Assembly (NCBI GenBank): GCA_964428845.1
Contig: CAYRZH010000004.1
Coordinates: forward strand, 3,228 to 67,227
Source of the DNA: an uncultured Candidatus Saccharibacteria bacterium
GTDB lineage: Bacteria; Patescibacteriota; Minisyncoccia; Phycocordibacterales; DATGWK01
Length of the DNA stretch: 64,000 bases
Direction of reading: 5' to 3'
The notes below the pieces were generated by a model that ran no database searches, was not told where the DNA came from, and saw only the letters and a program-made list of their open reading frames with translations. This document shows, one piece after another, positions 51,539 to 60,560 of the stretch. Position 1 is the stretch's first letter. Each line of letters starts with the position of its first letter. The translations under genes and the position numbers were made by a program.

Positions 51539-53737
51539 ATGAATTTATCAAACATTACGATTAGAGAATACTTAACCGAGAAAGGTATACCTTTCCGTGA
51601 GAGCGGCAGAGAAATTATTACCAAGTGCCTTTTTAACGATTGCGACAGAGACAGCAAAGGCGATGAAGCTCACCTTTATTTCAGTACAGAGACAGGACAA
51701 TATGACTGTAAGAAGTGTGGCGAGAAAGGCAACCTTTTCACACTTGCAAAACATCTTGGCGATACTGGTCCGAAGGCACGCAAAGCAAATGCTTTTAATG
51801 CCGAGCTCGTGGAGAAATGTCACCTTGCCCTGCCATCTTATATCCGAGAGTACCTGCACAAACGAGGACTTACAGATGCCGTTATAGACCAATGCAAGCT
51901 TGGCTATGGGCAGTTCTACCGCAAGCCGTGGATTACTATCCCTATCAAGGACATATACGGCAACTATTCATTTTTCAAATTGAGACAGGACCCTGCGTTT
52001 GGTAATGATAAAATCACATACCCGAAAGGAGCCGAGGCCCAGCTCTACGACTGGGATGCCTTGAAAAGCCCTGATAGCAGGCTTATCGTTTGCGAGGGCG
52101 AGCTGGACCGATTACTTCTCCTCTCAAAAGGCGTGCCAGCGATAACATCTACACACGGAGCGATGACATTCAAGGATGAGTGGGTAGAAAAGGTAGGAAA
52201 AGGTAGGAAAATCTATATCTGTTATGACAACGATGACACTGGTAAAAAGGGGTCTGAAAGAGTAGCAAAAATGGTGGAAAAAGGTGGGTGTGAGACATAT
52301 ATCATTACCCTTCCAATAGAGGTTGGTGAAGCGGGCGACATCACAGATTATTTTGTAAAACTGGGAGGGTCCGTAGATGATTTGTTTGCCAGATATGCAA
52401 AGCCCTATCCCGAGCGAATTGATACCACCCAATTTTCTCAAATGATTTCGGCACAACTCCTAGATACGCTTGGGCTTACCATCAAATATGATGCCGAAAA
52501 CAAGTTGGCAACATTCCTATGCGAACTCTCCGCCTATACTGAAAGCTCACAATTCAATATCAGTTATAATGCACCTTCTTCAACTGGGAAAAGTTATATT
52601 CCTACCGAAATTGCTCGACTGTTTCCACAAGACGATGTTATGGAGATTGCCTATTGTTCACCCACGGCTTTTTTCCACGATGTTGGGCAGTATGATAAAG
52701 AAAAAAATCAACAACTTGTAGACCTCTCACACAAGATACTCATTTTCTTGGACCAACCACACACCGAGCTCCTTACCCGTCTCCGACCACTTCTTTCCCA
52801 CGACAAAAAGGAAATTGCCATAAAAATTACAGATAAAACCCAGAAGAATGGAACCAAGACAAAGAACATACTACTCCGTGGCTATCCGTCAGTCATTTTC
52901 TGCACGGCAGGTCTTCGCATTGATGAGCAAGAAGCAACACGGTTTTTACTCCTTTCGCCCGAGGTGAATCAGGAAAAAATACAGCAAGGTATCAGTGCTA
53001 CCATACGCAAGGAAGCAGATAGTGAGAATTTTGTGAGTTGGCTTGAAGAAAATCCAAACCGAATACTCCTCAAAGAACGTATCCGTGCCATCAAGTTAGA
53101 GAATATAAAGGAGATAAATATCGCATCGCCAGAAAAAATTGAGGAGAGATTTTTGGAGAAAAATAAGACACTTAAGCCACGACACCAGCGAGACATCAAA
53201 CGCCTTCTGTCGCTCATCAAATCCCTTGCCCTGCTCAATGTTTGGTGGCGAGATAGGAGCGGATCTACCATTACCGCAAACGAGGACGATGTCAACGAGG
53301 CGTTTAAGCTCTGGGATAAGATTTCTGTCAGCCAAGAGCTGAACCTGCCACCTTATATCTACAATCTTTATAAAGAGGTCATTTTGCCAGCGTGGGAAAT
53401 GAAAAACGACAGTTCTGGAAAACTTGAAAAAGAATACTTCGGCAAGCTCGGTCTTTCCCGACAAGAAGTTCTTGAGAAACACTTTGCAGTCTATGGCAGG
53501 ATGCTCGACACTCACCAGCTTCGCCAACAAATACTCCCAATGCTTGAAACAGCAGGGCTTATTGTGCAGGAGCAGGACCCAAGCGACAAACGCAAAATGA
53601 TGATTTTCCCTTCCTCCCTTTATCAACTCTCTGAAGTGAAGAGAAATAGTGAAACGGGCGGTGGGGTAAAAAACACAGAGCAAGAAAACAATAGTGAGAT
53701 GAGTGAGGGGAAAATTCCAGATTTAGGAGTTTCCTGA
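51539..53737 (+). CDS. Primase-helicase (Zn finger + TOPRIM + P-loop ATPase)
   Basis: C..C/CKKC Zn ligands, VCEGELD, CYDND, APSSTGKS Walker A. Confidence 0.88.
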   Translation: MNLSNITIREYLTEKGIPFRESGREIITKCLFNDCDRDSKGDEAHLYFSTETGQYDCKKCGEKGNLFTLAKHLGDTGPKARKANAFNAELVEKCHLALPSYIREYLHKRGLTDAVIDQCKLGYGQFYRKPWITIPIKDIYGNYSFFKLRQDPAFGNDKITYPKGAEAQLYDWDALKSPDSRLIVCEGELDRLLLLSKGVPAITSTHGAMTFKDEWVEKVGKGRKIYICYDNDDTGKKGSERVAKMVEKGGCETYIITLPIEVGEAGDITDYFVKLGGSVDDLFARYAKPYPERIDTTQFSQMISAQLLDTLGLTIKYDAENKLATFLCELSAYTESSQFNISYNAPSSTGKSYIPTEIARLFPQDDVMEIAYCSPTAFFHDVGQYDKEKNQQLVDLSHKILIFLDQPHTELLTRLRPLLSHDKKEIAIKITDKTQKNGTKTKNILLRGYPSVIFCTAGLRIDEQEATRFLLLSPEVNQEKIQQGISATIRKEADSENFVSWLEENPNRILLKERIRAIKLENIKEINIASPEKIEERFLEKNKTLKPRHQRDIKRLLSLIKSLALLNVWWRDRSGSTITANEDDVNEAFKLWDKISVSQELNLPPYIYNLYKEVILPAWEMKNDSSGKLEKEYFGKLGLSRQEVLEKHFAVYGRMLDTHQLRQQILPMLETAGLIVQEQDPSDKRKMMIFPSSLYQLSEVKRNSETGGGVKNTEQENNSEMSEGKIPDLGVS

Positions 53738-53793
53738 CACCATAAAAGGGTTGCTACATAACTGCTTATCAGTTAAATAACAGTATAAAAATT

Positions 53794-54372
53794 ATGAGCG
53801 AAACATCACAAAAACAAATTAAAGCTAATCAAGAAAATGGCAAGAAGGGCGGTGTGAAAACCGAGGAAGGCAAGGCTGTCAGCAAATACAACGCCATCAA
53901 ACACGGCATCTTGAAACAGGTTGTATCGGATTATGAGAAAGATTTTTACGATGGCATTGTTGAGCAACTTGAAGACCAGTTCCACCCAGTAGGTGTGTTT
54001 GAAGAAATACTCGTGGACCGCATTGGGATTTACTACCTCAAACTATATAGGGTTGGCAAAGCTGAAAACGAGTATATGCGAGCAATCTTAAACCCAAGAG
54101 TTACAAAGGTTGAGGACGAGATGGAGATGTATCTTTCAACCTCAAAAGTGGTGGTTGTGAATGAAGGGTACGTTCCCAAAATAGACAGTGACGATGTGGA
54201 GAAATTATCTGATGTTTATGCAAGATACGAAACCGCCATTGAGAACCGACTATACAAGGCACTGCATGAACTTCAGCGATTACAAGCATCAAGAAATGGT
54301 GAGAACGTCCCACCCCCGATTGCGTTAGATGTGAATGTGTCAGGAGAAAAAGAAAATGGGTTCGTTTCGTAA
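53794..54372 (+). CDS. Hypothetical protein of the element core
   Basis: ANQENGKKGGVKTEEGKAVSKYNAIKHG N-terminus; YETAIENRLYKALHEL. Confidence 0.75.
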   Translation: MSETSQKQIKANQENGKKGGVKTEEGKAVSKYNAIKHGILKQVVSDYEKDFYDGIVEQLEDQFHPVGVFEEILVDRIGIYYLKLYRVGKAENEYMRAILNPRVTKVEDEMEMYLSTSKVVVVNEGYVPKIDSDDVEKLSDVYARYETAIENRLYKALHELQRLQASRNGENVPPPIALDVNVSGEKENGFVS

Positions 54373-54499
54373 ATAACAGATACAAATACGGTGTATCGGT
54401 CTAATCCAGAAAAACATTAAAGTAAGCCATGGAAGTATATTTTTTAGAGTAAAATAAGGTAACAATCTCTAATGATTTCGGCGGATTTTAAATAAAATT

Positions 54500-55117
54500 A
54501 TGTCCAAAGCCATAGCAGAACAATCTAATTCCTTGAGTATCTTCTGGCTGAAGAAGCATGGTTATTTGCACAAAGATTATAGTTCTCGGTCTGGCGGTAT
54601 TACGTGGACCTATGGCTATAGTGAAAATAAAAGTAGCATAAATTTTACTGTTGGCAGGGATAACTGGGGCACTGTTGAAGAAAGAACGTACGTGAACCTA
54701 AAATATACACATACAAATCATTGGACAGAGGAGAAAAGTGAAATGAATTACAAAATTCCGCTTACCACCACTCCCTGCAGATATGGTGGTGTACGCTACT
54801 GGTTTATATGTCCCCTATTCAAAAATGGAAAATATTGTGGACGACGAGTGGGGGTTGTCTACAGTATTGGCAAGTGGTTCGGTTGTCGACATTGTGGAGA
54901 AATTGCATACGCCAAACAAATGGAGGGTGGGAAGTTCAGATGGAATGGAGTATCAATTCCAGACATAGAAAAGGCAGAAAAAGAGGTTAAGAGACTTTAC
55001 TACAACGGTAAACCTACCAGAAAATATAGGCGAGTGTTGAGACTAAACCAGAGGTTCGAAGATAGTTTTATTGGAATGATGGTGAAGTTAAATAGGCTTC
55101 ATGGTGCTAAAAAATAA
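54500..55117 (+). CDS. Hypothetical Zn-binding protein
   Basis: PCRYGGVRYWFICP..CGRR..CRHC. Confidence 0.75.
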   Translation: MSKAIAEQSNSLSIFWLKKHGYLHKDYSSRSGGITWTYGYSENKSSINFTVGRDNWGTVEERTYVNLKYTHTNHWTEEKSEMNYKIPLTTTPCRYGGVRYWFICPLFKNGKYCGRRVGVVYSIGKWFGCRHCGEIAYAKQMEGGKFRWNGVSIPDIEKAEKEVKRLYYNGKPTRKYRRVLRLNQRFEDSFIGMMVKLNRLHGAKK

Positions 55118-55278
55118 TGCTATAATGACCACGTTGACCCAGTTTAAGCAAGATAGTGTGCCAAAGGTTTTTTTATTGCAAAATGGAACCCGAGAGGGGC
55201 GTTCTGCCAGCCATTCTGCAATCCTTTGGATTACATTATCAAGCTGGGTCAACCAGAGCGTCCCTTTCGGGTTTTTAT
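55118..55278 (+). promoter_or_regulatory. Extended -10 promoter and structured 5' leader of the recombinase gene
   Basis: TGCTATAAT at 55118; 20-bp G-U-containing stem 55187-55206/55254-55273; competing helix 55133-55145/55241-55253. Confidence 0.6.
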
Positions 55279-56928
55279 ATGAATGACGATTACTCAAAAA
55301 TTAAATACTTCATTTACGCCAGAAAGTCTCAAGAAGGCGAAGAAAGGCAGGTTCAATCTATACCTGACCAACTAAGAGAAAATGAAGCTGTGGCAAAACG
55401 CTATAATATAAAGATAGTAGAAGCACTAACTGAAGAAGGCACAGCAAAGGAGCCGAACGTACGTCCTATCTTTGATAGTATGCTTGAGCGTATTAAAAAA
55501 GGTGAAGCAAATGGAATTATCTGTTGGAACCTTAATCGCCTCTCTAGAAACCCAGTAGATAGTGGAAAACTCCAGTGGATGCTTCAGCAAGGTTTGATTC
55601 AATCAATCTTAACGCCTTCAAGAGAATACAAACCAAATGATAATGCAATTATTTTTAGTGTAGAAAGCGGAGGTGCAAATCAATTTATTTTGGACCTAAA
55701 AGTGGGAGTGCGTCGTGGACTGAATAGTAAAGTTGCGAAAGGACAAGCCCCTATTCTTGCACCACTCGGATATTTAAACACTAAACACGAAGCTCGCGGT
55801 GAAAACTACATAATAAAAGACCCAGAGCGTTATGAGCTGGTCAAAAAAGCCTGGGACTTAATGCTTACAGGCGATTACTCTATACCTAAACTTTTGAAAA
55901 TAGTGAATGACGATTGGGGGTTGAGAACACGCAAAGGAAAACATCGCGGTGGAGGACCAGTTAATAAAAGCACTATGTATGGAATTTTTACGAATATATT
56001 CTATACAGGACTTTATCTATATAAAGGCCAAACAGAAAATGGAAAACACGACCCGATGATAACGGTTGATGAGTTTGATAGGATGCAATCAATACTTGGG
56101 AAATACGGTAGACCAAGAGCCAAAAGCCATATTTTTACTTACACTGGCGCAATGCTTTGTGGAGAATGTAGCAGTGCAATTACCGCTTGCACAAAAACTA
56201 AGTTAGTAAAAAATACAAACGAGCTGAAAGATTACACATTCTACTACTGCTCACATCGCAAGAAAGGAACTGAAAACTGTAGCCAAAGGTCATACATACC
56301 CCTGAAAGACATCGAAGATATGATAAAAGAAGAATTGGCAAAATATACTATTTCTGAAAAGTTCCGAGATTGGGCTTTGAAAATTTTAGAGGAAGAACAC
56401 GCCGAAGAAGCAAAGGAACGTGAAGCTATTTATAAATCGCAATTAAGCTCTCTTGAGGTTTTGCAAAGAGAACTTGATAGTCTAATAACAATGCGAATGC
56501 GTGAACTTATTGATGACGACCAATACACTTCAAGAAAAAAAGAGTTGACCGAGAAAATTGCTGTGATGAAACAAAAAACTTCTGAAACACAAAACAGAGC
56601 TCAAAAGTGGCTACAATACACTGAACAAACATTTAATTTTGCACATATGGCGAAAGCTAAGTTTGAGGACCCAGAAACTACCGTGGAAGACAAGAAGGGC
56701 ATCTTCACGGCACTTGGTTGGAACTACATCATAAAAGACAAGAAACTCTTTATTTCTCCGTGTGAATGGCTAGAACCAATAGCAAAAAAGAAAAATGCCA
56801 TTGAAAGTGAGATAAGTCGGTGTGAACTGGAAAATAACGAGGACCCACAAAGACAAAAGGAGGCTTTCGCCTCCCTTCGTCCAATCTTGCGCGGTCGACG
56901 GGACTTGAACCCGCAACCTCTCACGTGA
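55279..56928 (+). CDS. Large serine recombinase (resolvase + recombinase + Zn ribbon)
   Basis: YARKS catalytic Ser, LNRLSRN, APLGY, CGEC..YYC..C; 3' end reads antisense into tRNA-Asp. Confidence 0.93.
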   Translation: MNDDYSKIKYFIYARKSQEGEERQVQSIPDQLRENEAVAKRYNIKIVEALTEEGTAKEPNVRPIFDSMLERIKKGEANGIICWNLNRLSRNPVDSGKLQWMLQQGLIQSILTPSREYKPNDNAIIFSVESGGANQFILDLKVGVRRGLNSKVAKGQAPILAPLGYLNTKHEARGENYIIKDPERYELVKKAWDLMLTGDYSIPKLLKIVNDDWGLRTRKGKHRGGGPVNKSTMYGIFTNIFYTGLYLYKGQTENGKHDPMITVDEFDRMQSILGKYGRPRAKSHIFTYTGAMLCGECSSAITACTKTKLVKNTNELKDYTFYYCSHRKKGTENCSQRSYIPLKDIEDMIKEELAKYTISEKFRDWALKILEEEHAEEAKEREAIYKSQLSSLEVLQRELDSLITMRMRELIDDDQYTSRKKELTEKIAVMKQKTSETQNRAQKWLQYTEQTFNFAHMAKAKFEDPETTVEDKKGIFTALGWNYIIKDKKLFISPCEWLEPIAKKKNAIESEISRCELENNEDPQRQKEAFASLRPILRGRRDLNPQPLT

Positions 56929-56963
56929 CAGGCGAGTGCTCTAACCAGTTGAGCTACGACCGC
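56890..56963 (-). tRNA. tRNA-Asp(GTC), integration target
   Basis: GCGGTCG/CGACCGC acceptor, loop CTGTCAC, GGTTCAAGTCC. Confidence 0.94.
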
Positions 56964-57027
56964 AATCGATACAATGTATCAAATTTTTCCTCCCCTATCA
57001 ATTTAGATTTGGTTTGCCGATTTTTTG

Positions 57028-57163
57028 TGTCGGGGGTGGGAATTGGCGATTACATCGCCAGGCGCTTTTCGATCTCGCTCTCTACACTTCGCTCGATAAC
57101 GAAAAGCCTTTCAATCCCCACACGCGCGCAACTCAAGTTGCGCTCACCCCTCCATATTTCATA
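57028..57163. repeat. Miniature hairpin-rich insertion bounded by a duplicated tRNA 3' end
   Basis: TGTCGGGGGTGGGAATTG (57028-57045) repeats TGTCGGGGGTGGGGATTG (57164-57181). Confidence 0.65.
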
Positions 57164-57236
57164 TGTCGGGGGTGGGGATTGAACCCACGACCCCGGGCTT
57201 ATGAGTCCCGTGCTCTACCAACTGAGCTACCCCGAC
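57164..57236 (-). tRNA. tRNA with CAT anticodon (Ile2 or elongator Met)
   Basis: GTCGGGG/CCCCGAC acceptor, loop CTCATAA, GGTTCAATCC. Confidence 0.9.
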
Positions 57237-57389
57237 AATTTTTCAAATGCTACTTCCCAAAGGCTCTGGCGCCAAGCGCCAATTTCTAAATTATCCATAA
57301 AAATCGGCGAGGCGCAAACAAACACCACTTGCGCCCAAACAAAAAGCCCGGCGTTCTTAACGCGCGAGCCAGAAGTATCTCTACAAGTG

Positions 57390-57839
57390 TCAGGCTGCTA
57401 TGGGGGTCTTAGGTATCCCTCCCCCCATTGCGGCAAGGGCATCAGTAATTCGGTGTTCAGCCCAGACTTTCGTCATAAATGCCCGGACCTCATCCACAGG
57501 AACACCACCAACATCGACAATACAAGTAATCCGATTCTCACAGGGACCACCCATGAATTCAATCCGACCCTGATCGCCCTCTCCCCTCACTACAAAACCA
57601 ACAGGGACCCTCTTGAATTCAGCCGCAAGTTGGGCAAGGTTGAGCAACCCCTGTGGCACAAGGACTTTGTATATCCCATGGATAACTAGGCTGTAGAAAA
57701 GCCCTTTGTCGTAATCAAAAAGCGCCATCAAAACCCGCATAAAACTACGACTATCGGGAAGAGAGGGGAACACTTTCCCGAACTGCCTCAAGCGATCCTC
57801 GATTTCCACCTGGTCACTAATTATCTTCACAATCTCCAT
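57390..57839 (-). CDS. Hypothetical protein
   Basis: GGAGGA SD before MEIVKII; hairpin downstream. Confidence 0.6.
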   Translation of the reverse strand: MEIVKIISDQVEIEDRLRQFGKVFPSLPDSRSFMRVLMALFDYDKGLFYSLVIHGIYKVLVPQGLLNLAQLAAEFKRVPVGFVVRGEGDQGRIEFMGGPCENRITCIVDVGGVPVDEVRAFMTKVWAEHRITDALAAMGGGIPKTPIAA

Positions 57840-57970
57840 CCTGTCCTCCTTCACGTGAAAGGGGTGAACTATCCTCACACCACCCTACCACTACCCCCCT
57901 AGCCTGTAAACCACAGCATCCACAAAAATTCGCCGGTTCAAATCCGGTTATTACACCCCCCAACCCCCAG

Positions 57971-58079
57971 GAGATCTTAATAAGTGCCCCGGCGAAGCCT
58001 TGCGAGCGCGACGGCGCGAGCACGAGGAATTTTTTAGCAAAAAAATATCCGTGCGAGACGGGGCACTTATTAAGATCTC
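57971..58079 (+). repeat. Hairpin repeat family copy 3 (21-bp arms)
   Basis: GAGATCTTAATAAGTGCCCCG/CGGGGCACTTATTAAGATCTC around the same core. Confidence 0.85.
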
Positions 58080-58093
58080 TAGAACAATTCTTG

Positions 58094-58165
58094 TTGCGGA
58101 GGCTGGATTCGAACCAGCAATCTCAAGGTTATGAGCCTTGCGAGCTACCGTTGCTCTACCCCGCG
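58094..58165 (-). tRNA. Initiator tRNA-fMet(CAT)
   Basis: C1:A72 mismatch, CGCGGGG start, loop CTCATAA; anticodon stem CAAGG/CCTTG. Confidence 0.9.
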
Positions 58166-58218
58166 ATTTGTCACCATCCTACCACAAAGTTTAGTCGGTT
58201 AAAAGAGGTGTTCGGTAG

Positions 58219-58323
58219 CGTCTGCCACAGAGTATCGCTCGAGGATTAGGAAAATCTCCCGCTGGGGAGATTTTCCGCTCTCCGAGAGCGATACTCTGTG
58301 GCAGACGAGTTTATCCGTGCGAG
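58219..58323. repeat. Nested long hairpin ending in the 3' part of the repeat-family core
   Basis: 22-bp CGTCTGCCACAGAGTATCGCTC inverted repeat, inner GGAAAATCTCCC/GGGAGATTTTCC, then TATCCGTGCGAG. Confidence 0.75.
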
Positions 58324-58353
58324 GCAAGACGTGCTACTCAAAACCCTCTCGAA

Positions 58354-59088
58354 TTAAATAAACTTAAACTCCTTAAAGACTTCCTCAAAGAGCCTGATCA
58401 CCCTATCGGCCTCCCTTTTATTGATAAGGAAATCCGAGCCTTCGTGGGCGATGGCATTTCTGACTTTGTGCGCTTCCCAGGCGCTATTTAGGGTAGTGAA
58501 ATCACTAGGCTCTACCATCTTTAGTTTCTCGCCGATAGTTTCGCCATGGTACCCCATCTTGTCGAGCATTTCATCGAGAATAATGTCCGCCTCCAAAATT
58601 GCAAGTTTCCAGTCGCTCGGGTTGCTCGAGTTGATATGTTCAATAACTTTTTGCCATTTAGGATTTACAAATTCTTCTGGAGCCCCAGCATCCCTAATAG
58701 CCTTTTCCACATCCGTCGGTGGGGTAAGATCTTTCCTATACTCGGCATCTACCCTCCTCAACTTGCGCAGATTCGAGAAGATTAGCCAGATCATGGTAAT
58801 AGAAAAAACAATCGAAAGTATTTTCAAAACAAACAAAAGAGAAACAAAGAAAGAACCTCCAGCAGAACCAAAAGCATCCGAAAGAGATGTCTGTCCGTTC
58901 AAGAAAGCCCAAAATTGCTCTAGAAAGATAGCGAGAGATCCTCTGGTCTCGAAGAATCTCTCAACCCTAATTGCAATAGCTCCCAGAAGAACAGCTAGGA
59001 CAAAAAGAATAATAATTGGCATCGCTGGATGAGTTTTGCTTCCCCCACCAGACCCAGGCTTGCCTTTAAATTTCTCTTTATCAGCCAT
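58354..59088 (-). CDS. Conserved hypothetical membrane protein
   Basis: Two TM segments; WKLAILEAD..L, GETIGEKLK, AWEAHKVRNAIAHE. Confidence 0.8.
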   Translation of the reverse strand: MADKEKFKGKPGSGGGSKTHPAMPIIILFVLAVLLGAIAIRVERFFETRGSLAIFLEQFWAFLNGQTSLSDAFGSAGGSFFVSLLFVLKILSIVFSITMIWLIFSNLRKLRRVDAEYRKDLTPPTDVEKAIRDAGAPEEFVNPKWQKVIEHINSSNPSDWKLAILEADIILDEMLDKMGYHGETIGEKLKMVEPSDFTTLNSAWEAHKVRNAIAHEGSDFLINKREADRVIRLFEEVFKEFKFI

Positions 59089-59111
59089 TTTATTAATTAT
59101 TTTTTATTACT

Positions 59112-60560
59112 TTATTTTTCTCCGAGAAAATCTTTACCGATTTTAAAAAGTAGGTCTTCGCGGCAATGAGGTGAAAGAATCTGTAGTCCGAGTGGCAATT
59201 TCTTACCCTCCCTCTCTACAGTACCAGATGGAATGGAAATCGTCGGGATGTTTACAATATTTGACGGAACAGTAAAGACATCTGCCAAATACATCTCGAG
59301 TGGGCTTTGTGATTTTTCACCGATTTTAAAAGCTGGTGTCGGAGCTGTGGGTAAAAGAATAGAACCGACTCTAGAAAAAGCTCTTCTAAAATCTTCGCCA
59401 ATCACTCTCCGCACCGCCTGCGCTTTATTATAATATGCATCATAATATCCTGCCGAAAGCACATAGGTGCCAATGAGTATTCTACGACGTGGTTCAGGGC
59501 CGAAACCTTCTCCTCGCGTCTTCAGATAATCTCCAATGAGCTTTTCCCCTTCCTTATAAAGACCGTACTTTACACCATCAAACCGTGCCAGATTGGAAGA
59601 AGCTTCGCCTGGGAGGATTATGTAATACGCCGGGAGGGAGTATTTGGCGTTTGGAAGTTCTATTTCATCAATCTTGTAGCCGATACCCTTCAATCTTTCC
59701 ACCGAATCATTGAAGTTTGAAAGAACTTCAGGATCAATGCCTTCGACTTCCACAAGGGAGCGTGGAACACCGATAACCATATCTCTAGATTTTTCTGTCC
59801 CCGCCTTTCGCAGTTCATCATATTTTCTGTCTGGAATAGACGTACTATCTTTTGCATCATAGCCGCGTATATGCTCGAAAACTATTTCCGCATCTTCGAC
59901 AGTCTTTGTGATAGGCCCAATCTGGTCCAAAGAAGACCCAAGAGCGATGAGTCCGTGACGCGAGACACTTCCATATGTAGTCTTTAACCCAACACAGCCA
60001 CAAAAGCTCGCTGGCTGTCGTACCGACCCGGCAGTGTCCGACCCAAGCGCCGCAAGAGCTCCTCCCATAGCTACAGCCGCCGCAGAACCACCGGAAGAGC
60101 CACCAGCCACCCTGGTTCTGTCATGAGGGTTCTTGGTCACACCAAAAGCAGAGTTTTCTGTAGAGCTTCCCATGGCAAACTCGTCCATGTTGGCTCTTCC
60201 AAGAAAAATTGCACCGGAGTCTTTGAGTTTTTCCGAAACCGTAGAGCTATAAGAGGCCTTGTACCCGGTGAGAATTTTCGAAGCGGCACTCACCCGCCGA
60301 CCCTCGACCAGGATGTTGTCCTTTACCGCAAATGGAATACCGGTAAGCGGCCCGGCTTTTTTCTCATTTATCATTTTTTGAGCATTCACAGCCTGCTCTC
60401 TTACATCATCAAAAATCTCAAGATACGCGTTTACATCTGGATTTTCTTTTTCTATAACTCGCAGATACGCGTCACAAAGCTCCGGAACACTCAAACTACC
60501 TTCTGCCAAAAGTTTGCTCGCGCTTTTTATTGTGAGTTTGGATGTATCCGCTTTACTCAT
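59112..60560 (-). CDS. gatA: Glu/Asp-tRNA amidotransferase subunit A
   Basis: GIPFAVKDNI, NMDEFAMGSSTE, GGSSGGSAAAV, GSDTAGSVRQP. Confidence 0.96.
   Translation of the reverse strand: MSKADTSKLTIKSASKLLAEGSLSVPELCDAYLRVIEKENPDVNAYLEIFDDVREQAVNAQKMINEKKAGPLTGIPFAVKDNILVEGRRVSAASKILTGYKASYSSTVSEKLKDSGAIFLGRANMDEFAMGSSTENSAFGVTKNPHDRTRVAGGSSGGSAAAVAMGGALAALGSDTAGSVRQPASFCGCVGLKTTYGSVSRHGLIALGSSLDQIGPITKTVEDAEIVFEHIRGYDAKDSTSIPDRKYDELRKAGTEKSRDMVIGVPRSLVEVEGIDPEVLSNFNDSVERLKGIGYKIDEIELPNAKYSLPAYYIILPGEASSNLARFDGVKYGLYKEGEKLIGDYLKTRGEGFGPEPRRRILIGTYVLSAGYYDAYYNKAQAVRRVIGEDFRRAFSRVGSILLPTAPTPAFKIGEKSQSPLEMYLADVFTVPSNIVNIPTISIPSGTVEREGKKLPLGLQILSPHCREDLLFKIGKDFLGEK

Larger units (their letters stand above)
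38067..56894. mobile_element. Serine-recombinase integrative element (~18.8 kb) in the tRNA-Asp 3' end, carrying a DGR, type III R-M, a second RT and a primase-helicase
   Basis: GCGCGG direct repeat at 38067-38072 and 56889-56894; terminal recombinase overlapping tRNA-Asp; replication and defence cargo. Confidence 0.8.

Noticed and set aside
36867-56894. Prophage or conjugative ICE
   Set aside because: No terminase, capsid, tail, relaxase or VirB4/VirD4 genes recognised.
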